Source of the DNA: Geosiphon pyriformis uo1
Lineage: Eukaryota > Fungi > Glomeromycota
Reading direction: 5' to 3'
Length of the DNA: 64,000 nucleotides
Assembly: GCA_016748015.1 (NCBI GenBank)
Contig: JAAOMT010000777.1
Location: forward strand, 252,347-316,346
A program made the translations under genes and the position numbers. Of this stretch, positions 51,621 to 64,000 are shown piece by piece (the stretch's first letter is position 1; each line of letters begins with the position of its first letter). Below the pieces are notes generated by a model. That model ran no database searches and was not told the DNA's origin. It was given only the letters and a program-made list of their open reading frames with translations.

Positions 51621-52937
51621 CAATTTAAACAAAATTTAAATTATAATATATAATTAAATAAATATTATTATAATTAACATAAAAATAAAAATAAAAATAA
51701 TTAATACAAAAATAATTATATTATAATATATAAAAAATATAAAATATAAATTTAAAAAATTATATAAATTATAATTTAAAATAATACAACTAAAACTTAT
51801 TTTATTTGTTAAAAAAAATAAAAAATAAAGCTTAAAATTAAATACAGTTTATGTATTTTTATATAATTAACTATTTAAGTTAATTAAAACCATATTAAAA
51901 ATTAAAAAAGCTAAATCTGTTTAAATAGCATTAATAAATATTATAAAATTAAAATAAATATTAAAAACCAAGTAATTTAATTATTTAAGTATTAATGAAA
52001 AGCTTTTTATAATAATAAATTTATAAATTAATATATAAATAAATTAAAATTATTAAAAAATACCAATTAAAAATTTAATATAAATATTTTTGTTAATATA
52101 ATTTTTTTAAAAGTTTATTTAATTGTTAATTCAAGTATTATTTTAAATAGAATTTATTTATTTATATATAATAAAAAAATTTAATATCTGTTTAATAATA
52201 TTTAATTTAATAAATATTTTTATATTGGAATTTTTTTTAAATTAAAAACAAATTTAAATTATTAATAGATATAAACTACTCAAAATAAAGCAATAATTTT
52301 TTAATTATGTAATAAAGATTTTATTATCAATTAATTCTGGAATTAATATTTTAAAAACATGATTTTTTGTTTTTAATTGGAAAAATACACCTGAATAACC
52401 ACAGAAATTTGTATTAGATTAGTTTTTTCAATTTATATAATAATTAACTTGAAGTTTAGCTTTAAAAATTGGCAAAATTAGGAATAGTATATATAGCAAT
52501 ACTTTATATTTAGCTTATTTTCATTGGTCATTATAATTTTTATAAATTTTCTTACTGATAAAACTGCATTAATTTAAACATTGTTTTTAGAAGAGGTAAA
52601 ATTTGATGAGAAAATATTATACTAATAAATATTGGTTTCTTGAATAATATCAAGGACGGCGAGTTATTTAATTTTGTTTTTCAAGTTAATATGAACAATA
52701 AATTTAGTGAGCTTGATCTTAAAAATTTGTATTCAAATTGATAGAATTTTCGTTTGTAGAATCTCGGGATCCTATAAATTTTGTTTAGGGATTTTGATAA
52801 TTTCATAAATAATTATCACATATACATATATATTCAGTTTTTTGATTGCTAGTGCAAAGGTTCTTTGCAAGAGAAAATCTTTAATGTTTTAAGTTTACAG
52901 AAATAATGTCAATATTCATATTTGGACTACCGATTCA

Positions 52938-55900
52938 TTATTGTTGAGCTAACAATGAATGATTTTGAGCTGGTGACCCTGGCACCGCTCTTTCTTTTGT
53001 TTCATGTGGTTTTTCACCAAGAGCACTGGTAATTTCCGCCGCTTTCCCTGGATCTTTTACAACTGACCTGGTGATTGCATCCACACCTATATGATCTCCC
53101 GCGAACCTTGAAATATCTTGTGTTCTTTGGGAGGTTATATGGCCTTCTGGAAGGAAAGGATCCCCGTTTGGAGAGTTGAAGACTCCTAGTGGCATATGGT
53201 AATTGGATGAAGGGATATAAGCGTTCGAGAATTGATTGCTTGTTTGACAATTATTAAGTGAAGTATATCTTTGGGCATCTCTTTGTCCTGGGATTACGGG
53301 CGGAACATGTTCATGCAATAGAGGAATAGGAAAGCTTGGAGGCGGAAGTGAAGCAGGATTTTCGTGAAAAATATCATTGCAATATGAAAGATTGGTGCCC
53401 GGATACACTGAAGGGGCGGTAATTCCTGGAGCACCCATGAATGAAATTGGCGGGGCATAAGGAAAAATTGGCCCCTCCGGAGTTTGAATATAGGGAGCCG
53501 CGTAATACAACAATTCTTTTTTAGGTTAAAAAAAAGTACAGGAAGGTCCATGATTGAGAGGTGGATCACTTCATAGAAAGGGAGTGGAGTTTTTACCATG
53601 CGGTATAGGGAACCCCTCGTTTATTCCATATGATGTCATTTGCAACGGATCAGGTCCAAACTAAAAGATGTTTAATAATGAAAGAATATTTAAAGGAAAA
53701 TGCTTGGCATTAACTGTTATTAAAAGTTTAAGATACCGTCATTGGGACCGCCATTGATTGTTGGTAATTCTATTGTTTCAAAAAGAGTCATAGTCATTAA
53801 AAAAAAGCTCGCGCAAAAGAAATAATTTAGGCCAAATACCGATATAGGGATTGCCATTGGCGGTTGATAATTCAAGTAATTTGATCCCGGAGGAACCGAA
53901 TTATTAGCCCCTTGAACAGCTGCGGATTGCTTTATATCCTGTAGGGGGTGCGAGTTGAGGTCTTGTATGGGTGTGGTTTCAGTTTTTTCTATGTATTCGG
54001 AAGTTTCGATTTGCTCTTTAGGTTGTTCAGTTCTTTGCTCTTTGTGGAAATTTGAAGATATTTTCTCATTAATTGCCCTTAAATCCGCCCCCTTTCCCTT
54101 CAATCTTTGAGGATTTGCTTTCGGTTCCTTTAATGAAATGTTGAAGGGTCTACTGCCATTTGATGACTTAGTTGCAAATGGCGGGATTGATGTAAATGTC
54201 GGCTGCCGCGGCAGTGGAATCGGGTTCGGGGCGACAGAAAAGTTTGGTGACCATTGGGTGGCTCGGGTGCGTAACAATTGTTGTTGTCTGATAAGTTCTG
54301 ATTGTAATTGACGGAATTCGGGGGATTGTTTTGGCTCAACCCGAATTGTTCGTCCAAGGAATAGTGAATGGTTCTGCCAATCAATAATAAAATATATAAT
54401 ATTTTAAGGGTAAATATTCTGAAAATACAAAAGATTTTGTACCTCGTTATTTAAAGCCTTTTGGGTGGAATCCTCATTTTCGTACTTGATAAATGCAAAG
54501 GCGGGACGGGGGACTGGAACGTTAAATTTAGATAATAGTGATTCAAATCAAAAAATACACAAGATCGAATGCAAGGAAAAACCGTTTGTACTTTGACCAC
54601 GTGATGGACGTTTTATTAAGTGTAATTCCACAATTTTGCCATATTGCTCAAAGCGTTGTTGAAGCAATTCTTTAGTAATTGCGCTCTCATTAAGGAGGCC
54701 GACAAATATTGATAAGTTGTCGATATCATCGGCACGAGGAATGGCGCGTTCGATGTTGGTTGCCCATTCGGTGATGTATGCCAAATTCTGCTTGAGTCCC
54801 TTTCAAAATGAAAAAAACAGATTAACCATTTCTTCTGTCCAATCGATGATACAGAAAGAAAATGTGTGTTACCATATACGCCCTAATTGCATCATCACGA
54901 AAGCCGAATTTAACAAAGGCACAGCATTTCGAACGACCGGTATAATTATTACGCAAGAGGTGGATATCTTCGGTGTCTCCATAAGGTAAAACGAGACGCT
55001 TGACATCCTATTGAAAGGTTGATAAAAAAAGTCAATTCGATTTTACATAACTTGATAGAATTTATAATAAATACTCCCAAAGATAAAAGTCTACCTCTTC
55101 TTGAAAATTTCTATTCAATCTTCCGAGAAATAAGGTTCTATTTACTCGGGCTTGTTCCACACGAATTGGCCGCCCTTCAACAAGAGTGTTGGGTGCTTGA
55201 AGCAAAGCACGTTTTGCGTCTTCAATAGCCTATAGTTAATTGATAGAATAACATTAAGCGTTAGGAAGTTTTTATTTTTCAGTAAAATGGCTAGTGCCGA
55301 AAAGAACATTCATTATATAGCATAAAACCAGAAGTTTGTACAAACTCAAATCATCATCAACCTTTGTTCTTATGGGATATAAAACCATACCTCATATTGA
55401 ACAAAGGCGTAAGGACGTTGTTGTGGGTCCTTGAGGACCTTTACATTGATAACTTTGCCCCACTTTGCGAAATGTTCGGCAACTGCTTTTTGAAGTTGCG
55501 AGTCACTTCTATTCGACGCCAAACTAATATTTTTCATAATATTAAATAAATCCGGGTTATTCAAATTTGAGAAATGATGCGAGACTCCGATGAAACAGAA
55601 TTTTACCTTGCAACAAAAAGACAGGCAGCGGGAACTCCCCGAACTCCCTTTTCCTCGAAATCCTCATTTGGAAAGTCATCCGCCTTAGAAGGTTTGTGGT
55701 TTTTTTCAGAAGAGAGATTTTCCCCGACCTCTTCCGGAGTTGGGGGCCTCTCGTCGAGTTTAAAAGTTTTTGGACTAACCTTGGAAGCACTTTTGGGGGC
55801 TTCTTCCTTGCGGACAAGAGGAACCTTGGGGGCATTTAAAGCGGGGGAATTATCGGGAGTTACTATCTTTTCTAAGGTAATGTCCATGTATGCTGTGGTA

Positions 55901-55959
55901 TGATTTTCTCTTTTGATTAAATTCATCGCGGTGACAGTAAGGGGTGGGGTCGAAGACAT
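52938..55959 (-). CDS. RIM4: Rim4-like RNA-binding protein, three RRMs plus low-complexity P/Q/N-rich tail, ~10 exons
   Basis: Spliced product RGVPAACLFVASLAS..VKVLKDPQQRPYAFVQYE..RPIRVEQARVNRTLFL matches my recollection of the Rim4 RRM1 signature. GT-AG exons: 55959-55607, 55523-55391, 55229-55095, 55007-54873, 54799-54592, 54513-54443, 54373-53840, then three more. Confidence 0.85.
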
Positions 55960-57089
55960 AATATTTAGAGCTCTTAATAAAAGGTTGCATATGATAGGTT
56001 TTGGGAAGAGAATCGCCACAGTTTAAAATTTTTTGGATCAGTTACCAAATATTTTTTATTGCCATTTTTTATGACAATCGTATGACATCAATCTTTTCTC
56101 GTCATTGATGAGTGAATGGTTGAAGGCGAGGTTTTATACAATTTGTCACGATAAGATATAGATATATTTTTAATAATATGATCTACAAAAAGGATAAGTT
56201 TAATGATAAAAATTAGAGATTTTTTAATACACATTTAACCGCTCAATTGATTAATTAGCCTTGAAAAGGCAGGACAGTTATTTACACATCAAAAGAAAAT
56301 TATTTGCCCAAGTTACCAAAATTAGTAAAAATTATTTTAACTGAAACTTTGACATTAATTTAAAACTGGAGTTGATTACCGATTTGGCAGGTTAAAAATT
56401 TAAACATTTGATAAGTTTATAACCATTTAACAAAATACCAAAAAGGCTTACAAAAAAACTAATCAAGCGTTACAACAATAAAATTAATTTTATTTTAAAT
56501 GATTAATATCAGAAAATATTATAAACAATTAAATTAATTTTTTTTGTAAGTTAAATTTTATATTGATTTCAAATTTTTTACAAATAGTTAAAAATTAATA
56601 TAAAAATATAAGAAATAATAACTGATATTAATTAAATTAAATATTGTGTTAAATATTATAAGTCATAATATATTTTAAACAAAACCAAACAAAGTAATAT
56701 AATATGGCTTAACAATAAAATAATATTGGTTTGAAATTTTTTTTTCAATATTTGATTAATATATTTATTAAACCATTTTTACATTCTTATTTCATTGAAC
56801 TTGTAATAAAAAACTAAAATAATAAAGTTTTTTAAAGTTATATTAGAAATTATTAATAAATTAACTTGTTATAAATAATATATTATGGTTTTTATTTAAT
56901 TTTAACTTTAATAACAAAAAATTAAAGTAAATAGTTTTAAATTAAATTAATAAAAACTTTATTAACTTTTATTTTATTTTATTTATAAATAAGTTTTAAT
57001 AAATATATTATAAAATACTTATAATATATAAAATAAAATATGTTTAAAATTTTAATATATTTATTAATTTATATTAAAAAATTCTTTTT

Positions 57090-58700
57090 TTTTCTTATTT
57101 TTATAACTATATTTAAAATAAAAAATAAAAATCATAAACATTATAATATTATTTATAGTTATAAAAACTGTTTAATAGCATTTTATAAAAATATTTTTTT
57201 AAATAATATTATAGTAAACCAGTTTTTTATTAATTCTAAAATATTTTTTTGGTTTTAAGTAAAAGTTAAAATATTATACTAAAAATAATTTCAATATAAT
57301 TGCTATTATTTTAAAAAGTTTCAAAGTTTTTAATTATAAGCTAACAATTAAGTTATTATTATTATTATTATTATTATTATTGTTGTTGTTGTTGTTGTTA
57401 TTATTATTATTTAAATAACAAAAAAAACCAAAATAATTTTTTTTTCAATTTTTTCAATTAGTTATTAATCTTTTTATAATATTAAAAAACTTTGTTTTTT
57501 TAATATTTTTAATAATACTTTAGTTTTAATAAAACCAATTTTTTTTTAGCTTTTTTTATTAATTTTAATACTAATTATAAATAAAAATTAATTATTTGCT
57601 TTAAACAATAATAATAAAAATATATTTATTAAATTTATATTAAATTAATATATGGTTTTGTTTTTTAATATAAAATTTTTGTTTTATAAATTTATTTTAT
57701 ATTTATTTTAATTATTTTAATAGGTTTTATAAATAATATATAAAAATTTAAAGTTTTAGTTTTTAATTAAAGTTTTGGTTTTTTATTTATATTTATAAAA
57801 ATACAAAATAACTATATAATAAGTTTATATCTTTATTAAAATATTTTTATTTTTTCTCAAATAATAAATAATACTTAAATTTATTAATTTTATTAAAAAT
57901 AATAACTTTTTATTATTGTTGTTTTTATAATAAAAAACCATAAAAAAATTTATATTTTAAAAAATTTTATAAAATTAATTAATACAATATTAATAAATTA
58001 ATAAAATTTATTTATTAATTAAAAATTAAAGTTTTAAATAAAAATTTAGCTTATTTAAATTTTATTGGTTTTTTTATTTTTTAATATAACAAAAAAATAA
58101 ATTATTATTAAGCTAAAAAAAAGTAATTATTATATATTAATAATAAAATAAAAAATATTTAATATATTAAAACAAAATTTTATTAGAATTTACTGACTTT
58201 AATAATAATAATAATAAATTTTTTTATGTATTTTTGTTTAATAAAAATAATAATTTTAATTTATTAAAAATAATAATAATATTTATATAATAAATTAATT
58301 TGTAGAAAAAAATAGATATAATTGGCTTTAATTTTTATTAATATTTTATAAAAATTATAATAGTAAATTTAAATAATTTTATTTTAGCAATTTTTTATTA
58401 AAAAACAAGAATATTAAAATTTTTTAATTATGCTTTTAATATAATTTAATTATTATAAATTTTAAATTTAATATTATATATAGAATAATTTAACTAAAAC
58501 AATTTTATCTTTTATAAAATTAATACAATTAAAATTTTTTTATATGCAAAAATAAAAATATTTATTAATAATAATTTTATATTTAATTAAAATATATTTT
58601 GTTATTTAAGCATTATTACTTAATTTGTAAAGCATTGTGTTAAAAGTTATTTAAACATATTGAATAATATTTTTAAAAACCAAAATAACAACCATTTTTT
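57090..58700 (+). mobile_element. Extremely eroded AT-rich relic, probably another ORF1-only element
   Basis: 57311-57355 reads LKSFKVFNYKLTIKL, resembling TKSPKVFNNRLVNKL of copy 2, followed by the AAAAAAACCAAAA block also seen in copy 3. Confidence 0.4.
57353..57411. repeat. Compound (ATT)n(GTT)n(ATT)n microsatellite
   Basis: Directly visible. Confidence 0.95.
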
Positions 58701-59140
58701 TATATTTTAATAAAAATTTCTACTAAGCAAACATTAATTCATAAAAGCTTACCAAAAACAAACAAATAATTTTTTATTAATGCAAAGTAAATTTATTTTA
58801 CTGCATGATTAAACACAATGCCAACTCTTATTCAATCTTTGAATCTTAAATAATTTTAACTAAAAAATTTCTGAAAATTTGGTTTTCAAATTTACCAAAA
58901 TAGCGAGTTTTTACATTTTTTTACCTCTTCTTGACAATACCAGATGTTTCAACACAAATCCTATATCATTCAACTGAAACTAAACAAATGTGATATCTGA
59001 TTGCCTTTGTATTGAATCCATGTTTCTGTAAAAAATAAAAATAATTCTAGTTCTTATAATACAAGTACAACTCTAATCAAACTAATCTTAAATATCTCAA
59101 AAAATTCTTCACTGCCTGAGATAAGCACAATAAATGATTA

Positions 59141-62018
59141 CTAAGAGTCTGTCCCATAATATCGATCTATGATAATAAAGGCAGAATATTGAAAATGAAT
59201 AAACGATAGTAAAAAACCTATTAGAAAAAGAACTATCAATACCTCCAAAATTCCCCATGCCTGGCATGATGTATAGCGTTGTTTCATCAATTTTGGGATC
59301 GACCATTGATGTACAGACTTTCACCTTTGGAAAGGCATTTGATATTACCTGTAAACCCTGAGGAGTGGCCAAGAATGTCAAAAATATTATTCGATCCTAC
59401 AGAAATAAGATTTGAGAATTTTAAACATTTAAAAAAGGCAGACCAAATTAATTTCTTAAATATATAAACCTCAGGCACGTTGTGATCCAACAAAACGCGG
59501 ATTGCCATTAATCCGGCGGCACCTGTTGCAATTTGTGCATCCTTGAGGAGCAAAAATTAATTTTAGCATAAATATCTAGTCACAAACTCGAGGATTTTAT
59601 GTGAACAGATAAAATTAATACTTTCCATTAAAAGTACAAAACATTGGTTTATGTTACTAGGCAATTTGATATAATGAAGCTTAAAAAATCGACACAGGGA
59701 ATTTTAGAAATTGTTTAAAATAAGGTCAACCAAACCTAGAAGGTAGAATTCATGAAGAAAAAGTTACCTGAGGTTCTCCTGTATGTGGATCTGATTGTAT
59801 AAGAATTTTCCCAATAAGAGCATCCTTGAAAACACGTCGTAGACCTGTTTCCATGGTTCCACCGGCGCGAAGGATAGAGACTCCACATACCTAAAAATTA
59901 CAAAAAGAAGTCATTGGATCATTTCATGCAAGCCAAATATATGAAATTACAAAACCGAAGGAAATACTTTTTTTTTTATTTTAGCTTGAGTAATTTACCT
60001 GAGCGTCTAATTTCTTCCCATTATAAGAAACATTCGGAGGAATAATTACCTCACATTCTCGATAAGGCAATTCTTGCAATCCACTATAGAATTGAAGATG
60101 TAATATTCGAATGGGTTTTAAGAATCTCACGAATTAAGAAATGATTCAATGATTACCGTTCCACCACTAATGTTGCGAGTCTTTCGGCGTAGAAAATAAA
60201 ATTATCCCGTTGTGTAGATCTGTCACGTATTGTGGTATGTATACTCTGTAAAAAAAAGGGTTTTAAAAATGTATACCTCGTCATGAATCATATAAATAAT
60301 CCAGATTTCCATCTTTGTTAACTTACAGATAACTGTGGAGTTTTTTCAAGAACGATCACGTTTTCAGGTATCTCTCCATCACACTCGATTTTCGCCAAGT
60401 CCCAACGGAAACTTAATTTTCGTTCATGAAGTTGACGTTGGATATGTTTTGTAATAAGGTCAATTGCCACTAGATTTTCAAAGCCTCGAGGGATAATCTA
60501 ATATATTGAAAAAATTAGGCTTCGAATCGCTTCGTGATTTGGTTTATAGTTGGGAGAGACTTACCACATCAGCATTTTTTACCGTTGGCTGAATATGATC
60601 ATCAAAAGATGGTTTCACAAAGCGTGTATATTGCTGCCAAGAATTTTCATTAGTTAGAAATTTGGTTAAATCTAAGAATTGATCGAGAGGCATACCTGCA
60701 ATACACCATGAAGCTCGCGGCCACGCACACTGATGTCTCTCTTCACTTAAAAATAAAAAATAACAACCTTGTGATAAATTATGTCTAAATTGAACGTGTG
60801 TCATTTAAATACTTACATCGACGAGCAAGTCGAATGTCAGCATCTGTATCTACAAAGATCTTTATAGTAAAAAAGATTCTTCTCAGCCTAAAATTTCTAG
60901 CTCTCTTATTTAAAAAAAACAAATGCATGCCATTAATATACCTTCAATTCCATTAGATCCATGATCCTTTTATCATATAGGGCAAAAATTCCCTCAAAAA
61001 TAATCACATTCGCACCATAAACTGTCGTCATTTTAGGGAGGCTTGGATCAGAATATAGAAGTAAATAGGTATGATGAAAAGAATTCCCAAGATAAGACTG
61101 TTGCGACATCCAACAAAATTGTGTAGACTAACCGAGAATGGGTAACAAAGTCGTATATAGGAATCTCAACACTTTTTCTGAAATGAAATTTATTTTAAAG
61201 GTAAAAATTCTGTGAAAACTTGGGAATTTGCAAAAAACTTACCCCTCTTTCAAATTCTTGAGAGTTTCCAATAATGTGTCATAATCAAATGCGTTTGGGT
61301 GATCAAAATTGTGGTCACTAAAAGTAGGATTATGGAGAACCGCTCAGAGAAATCCATCCAATAAGCACACTTTTTTTTAAAATGTAGCGGTGTAGTAGGT
61401 TTGATTTGAAGATTTACATAGAGTGTACCTTCTATCTGCTGCTGCTTTTTGTTCCAATGTCAATGGTTTGTAAAAGGAATCCATGCTCAACAAAATCACC
61501 CATGGTACATTAAGGCTTTTTATAATTCGCCTAATAAATTTAAATTAACTTAATGAAGAGATGACAGGAAATTAAATATGTAAAAAAAAAAGGAGAACCT
61601 ACTCGGCAACACTAGTTTTCCCACTAGCACTCCCGCCTTATTCAAGTTAAAAATCAATGGTATAAAATTTATCATAGTTACAATTGAATAGAAGCGGTAA
61701 ATGTAATACGATTTTTAGTTAATACTGTTCTTTTATTTTGAATTTAACCTGCGACGCCAACCAGATAAGGCCGAAAAGTTTTTCCGTCAGGCCTAAATTT
61801 ATTATAACATTATTCGAAATGAAAGTGAAGCTTGTGAAAAAAATGGGAGGGATTCTAAATATAGGGGTACCTATACCAAGGACTATTGACAAAATTTTAG
61901 GAAGAATAATGAGTATTTTTAATTGAATTTCAACTCTAATTTTTTTCTGCTGGCTTTTAATTGATACTCACAACCTTCCTTCCCCTGTTAAGAAGATATT
62001 TTTTTTGTACTGCTGCAT
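59141..62018 (-). CDS. URK1: Uridine kinase with C-terminal UPRT-like domain, multi-exon
   Basis: Spliced motifs [94 protein letters not shown]. Start codon approximate. Confidence 0.92.
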
Positions 62019-62590
62019 AACTTTCTATATGTAGATAAAAGAATCAATGAAAAACGTTGCCAGAGAGAATTTCTATGTCATTTGAATCTATTGATCTGAT
62101 AATCTCTATCTAGATTTTTTAACTTTTATTTTTTTGAACGCAGTTTTAGAACTCATAAAACGTTTTATGCGCAGTCATTTATCAAGTCCCAAAGCGGATG
62201 GTTTTATCGAGTGTAAAATAAAGTTGTATGTACACTACAATCAGTACCAAAATTTCTACGCGACTAACTAGGTAGTTAATGTAATTTCGGTGTGGATGTA
62301 GCGAAGCTATAGGCAGTTATCTAAACTTGGATAGTATAGTCTATGACGTTTCCTGCGTCGAAAAACCAGGCATTATATCACAAGTTGACTTGATTCAAGG
62401 AAATCTAACAAGACTTGGTGTGTTGAGAATTGAATGTGATTCGTATTAGCTTTGAATTGTGGGATTTTATTTGCCCATTAAGAAAATAGTAATGAATAAT
62501 TGTGCAAACATTAAATCCGCAGCTTGGGGCATATATAAACGACTGTCACAGAAAAACCTTCATGCTTACGCTGATTCTCCATTCTTCATA

Positions 62591-64000
62591 ATGGCCTTTA
62601 CTCACAATTATCCCAAACTCAAATATGACCAGCGAGAGCAGGAAGAAGTTCATCAGCTCGTGGAGACTTTGCAACACAGTTTAGGCGGTGAGGTTGGTGA
62701 TTCAAAGAGAAAACGCCATAAGTCTATTAAAAGGTCTTGTTTCGCTACAAAGACGTCGGGGACGATGATTTCCTCCTGGAGAATGAATGATTATGATTAC
62801 AAAAAAGCAAATTTACCCACAATGGCAAGAGGCCTTTTCACTAGGGCGGGAGAGGGCGGAAAACACGAAATAGTCTTACGTGGCTATGATAAATTCTTCA
62901 ATATTGATGAAGTCCAAGAGACAAAGGTAAAGCTTCAAAAACTCTAAAACAAAAGTATTTCTTACAATAACTTGATTGCTAAGCTTTATTCTAGTGGGAT
63001 AATATTGTCGCAAATACAATTGGCCCTTACGAAATAACCCTCAAAGAAAATGGATGTATTATATTAATCGGTGGTCTACAAGATGGGGAGATTGTTGTGG
63101 CTAGCAAGCATTCCCTCGGACCCAGGTCTGATAAACTTGTTTCACATGCTGAAAATGGAGAGCAATGGCTGGATAAACATTTGGCTAAAGTTGGCAAGTC
63201 TAAGAAAGATTTAGCGAGGTTTTTGAATGAAAATAAAATCACAGCTGTAGCAGAGGTACGTGAGAAGATATATTTATTCAGCAAAATTTCCTATGTATAA
63301 ATTTTTATTTTTCTTAATAGCTTTGCGATGATTCCTTTGAAGAACATATCCTACAATACGACACTGAGCGAAGTGGTCTTTACCTACATGGTGTCAATTT
63401 CAACACAGTAGATCTTAAGACCTGGCCTAGTGACCAAGTCACAGCATTTGCAGGTGAATGTGGCTTTTTCCCAACGAAATATGTAGTCAAAGGCACTGCT
63501 GAAGAAACTAATAACTTTATTGAAGAAATAAAAACAAAGGGAACATGGAATGATTTGGCGATTGAAGGTTTCGTTGTGAGAACAAAAACAAAGAAAACAC
63601 ACGAGGACTTTTTCTTCAAAGCCAAATATGATGAACCATATTTGATGTATCGTGAGTGGCGCGAGATCACCAAATGTATCCTCGCCAAAAAGCCACCTCG
63701 GTCAACCTATCCCCTTAGCAAACACTACATTGAATGGGTAACAGAAAAAATTAGATCCCAACCTGAGCTGTTCAAAGAATATTCCCAGGGACATGGTATA
63801 ATTAAGGTTCGTGAAATGTTCGTTGAGCAATTGGACGCCGAAGGAGGTCAAGACAAAGCAAAAAAAATCCCCAAAGAAGAACGCCATAATTTTAAGAAAA
63901 CTCTGTTAATGCCGGTTGGAACGGTAGGATGTGGTAAGTTCATAATAGAGAATCATTTGTCAATTTCAAGACATAATCCCATTACGTTGAAAAAATATAA
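62591..64000 (+). CDS. TRL1: Fungal tRNA ligase, 5' part (runs off the window)
   Basis: ARGLF, RGYDKFFN, TLKENGC (adenylylation K), SKHS, ELCDDSFEEH, EGFVVR, FFKAKYDEPY, then kinase P-loop start PVGTVGC. Exons 62591-62926, 62995-63255, 63321-63933. Confidence 0.95.

Noticed and set aside
49300-52800. AT-rich DNA as endobacterial or mitochondrial insertion
   Set aside because: No coherent ORFs; residual similarity to ORF1-only elements identifies it as eroded repeat.
62200-62460. Structured ncRNA between URK1 and TRL1
   Set aside because: Only short hairpins; no tRNA, snRNA or snoRNA box pattern I can support without an Rfam search.

Overview
Eukaryotic fungal DNA. It has spliced genes with short GT-AG introns and no prokaryotic features; the TE repertoire and proteins resemble Glomeromycota, plausibly Geosiphon pyriformis (inference, not checked). 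Bases 1-~51,600 are a nested retrotransposon pile. A LINE (ORF1 plus APE-RT-RNase H ORF2) is split by a ~32 kb Ty3/Gypsy nest (7539-39409). The nest holds two dUTPase-bearing family-A elements, a full-length family-B element, a solo LTR (D) and a very young non-autonomous element (C, 19649-24408). C has lost pol but keeps gag and an intact 235-aa accessory ORF of unknown function. Two more truncated Gypsy copies lie at the left edge, and several ORF1-only LINE derivatives follow the LINE. Every repeat except C is heavily eroded by C>T/G>A transitions. The right end holds three host genes: a RIM4-like triple-RRM protein, a URK1-like uridine kinase/UPRT and the 5' part of tRNA ligase TRL1. The best candidate for an undescribed system is this Gypsy lineage's architecture: a GTG-initiated gag extension, a stand-alone integrase ORF, a conserved non-env ORF3 running through the PPT into the 3' LTR, 4-bp NYAT target sites, and a gag+ORF3-only satellite element. 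All alignments and counts were made by eye.
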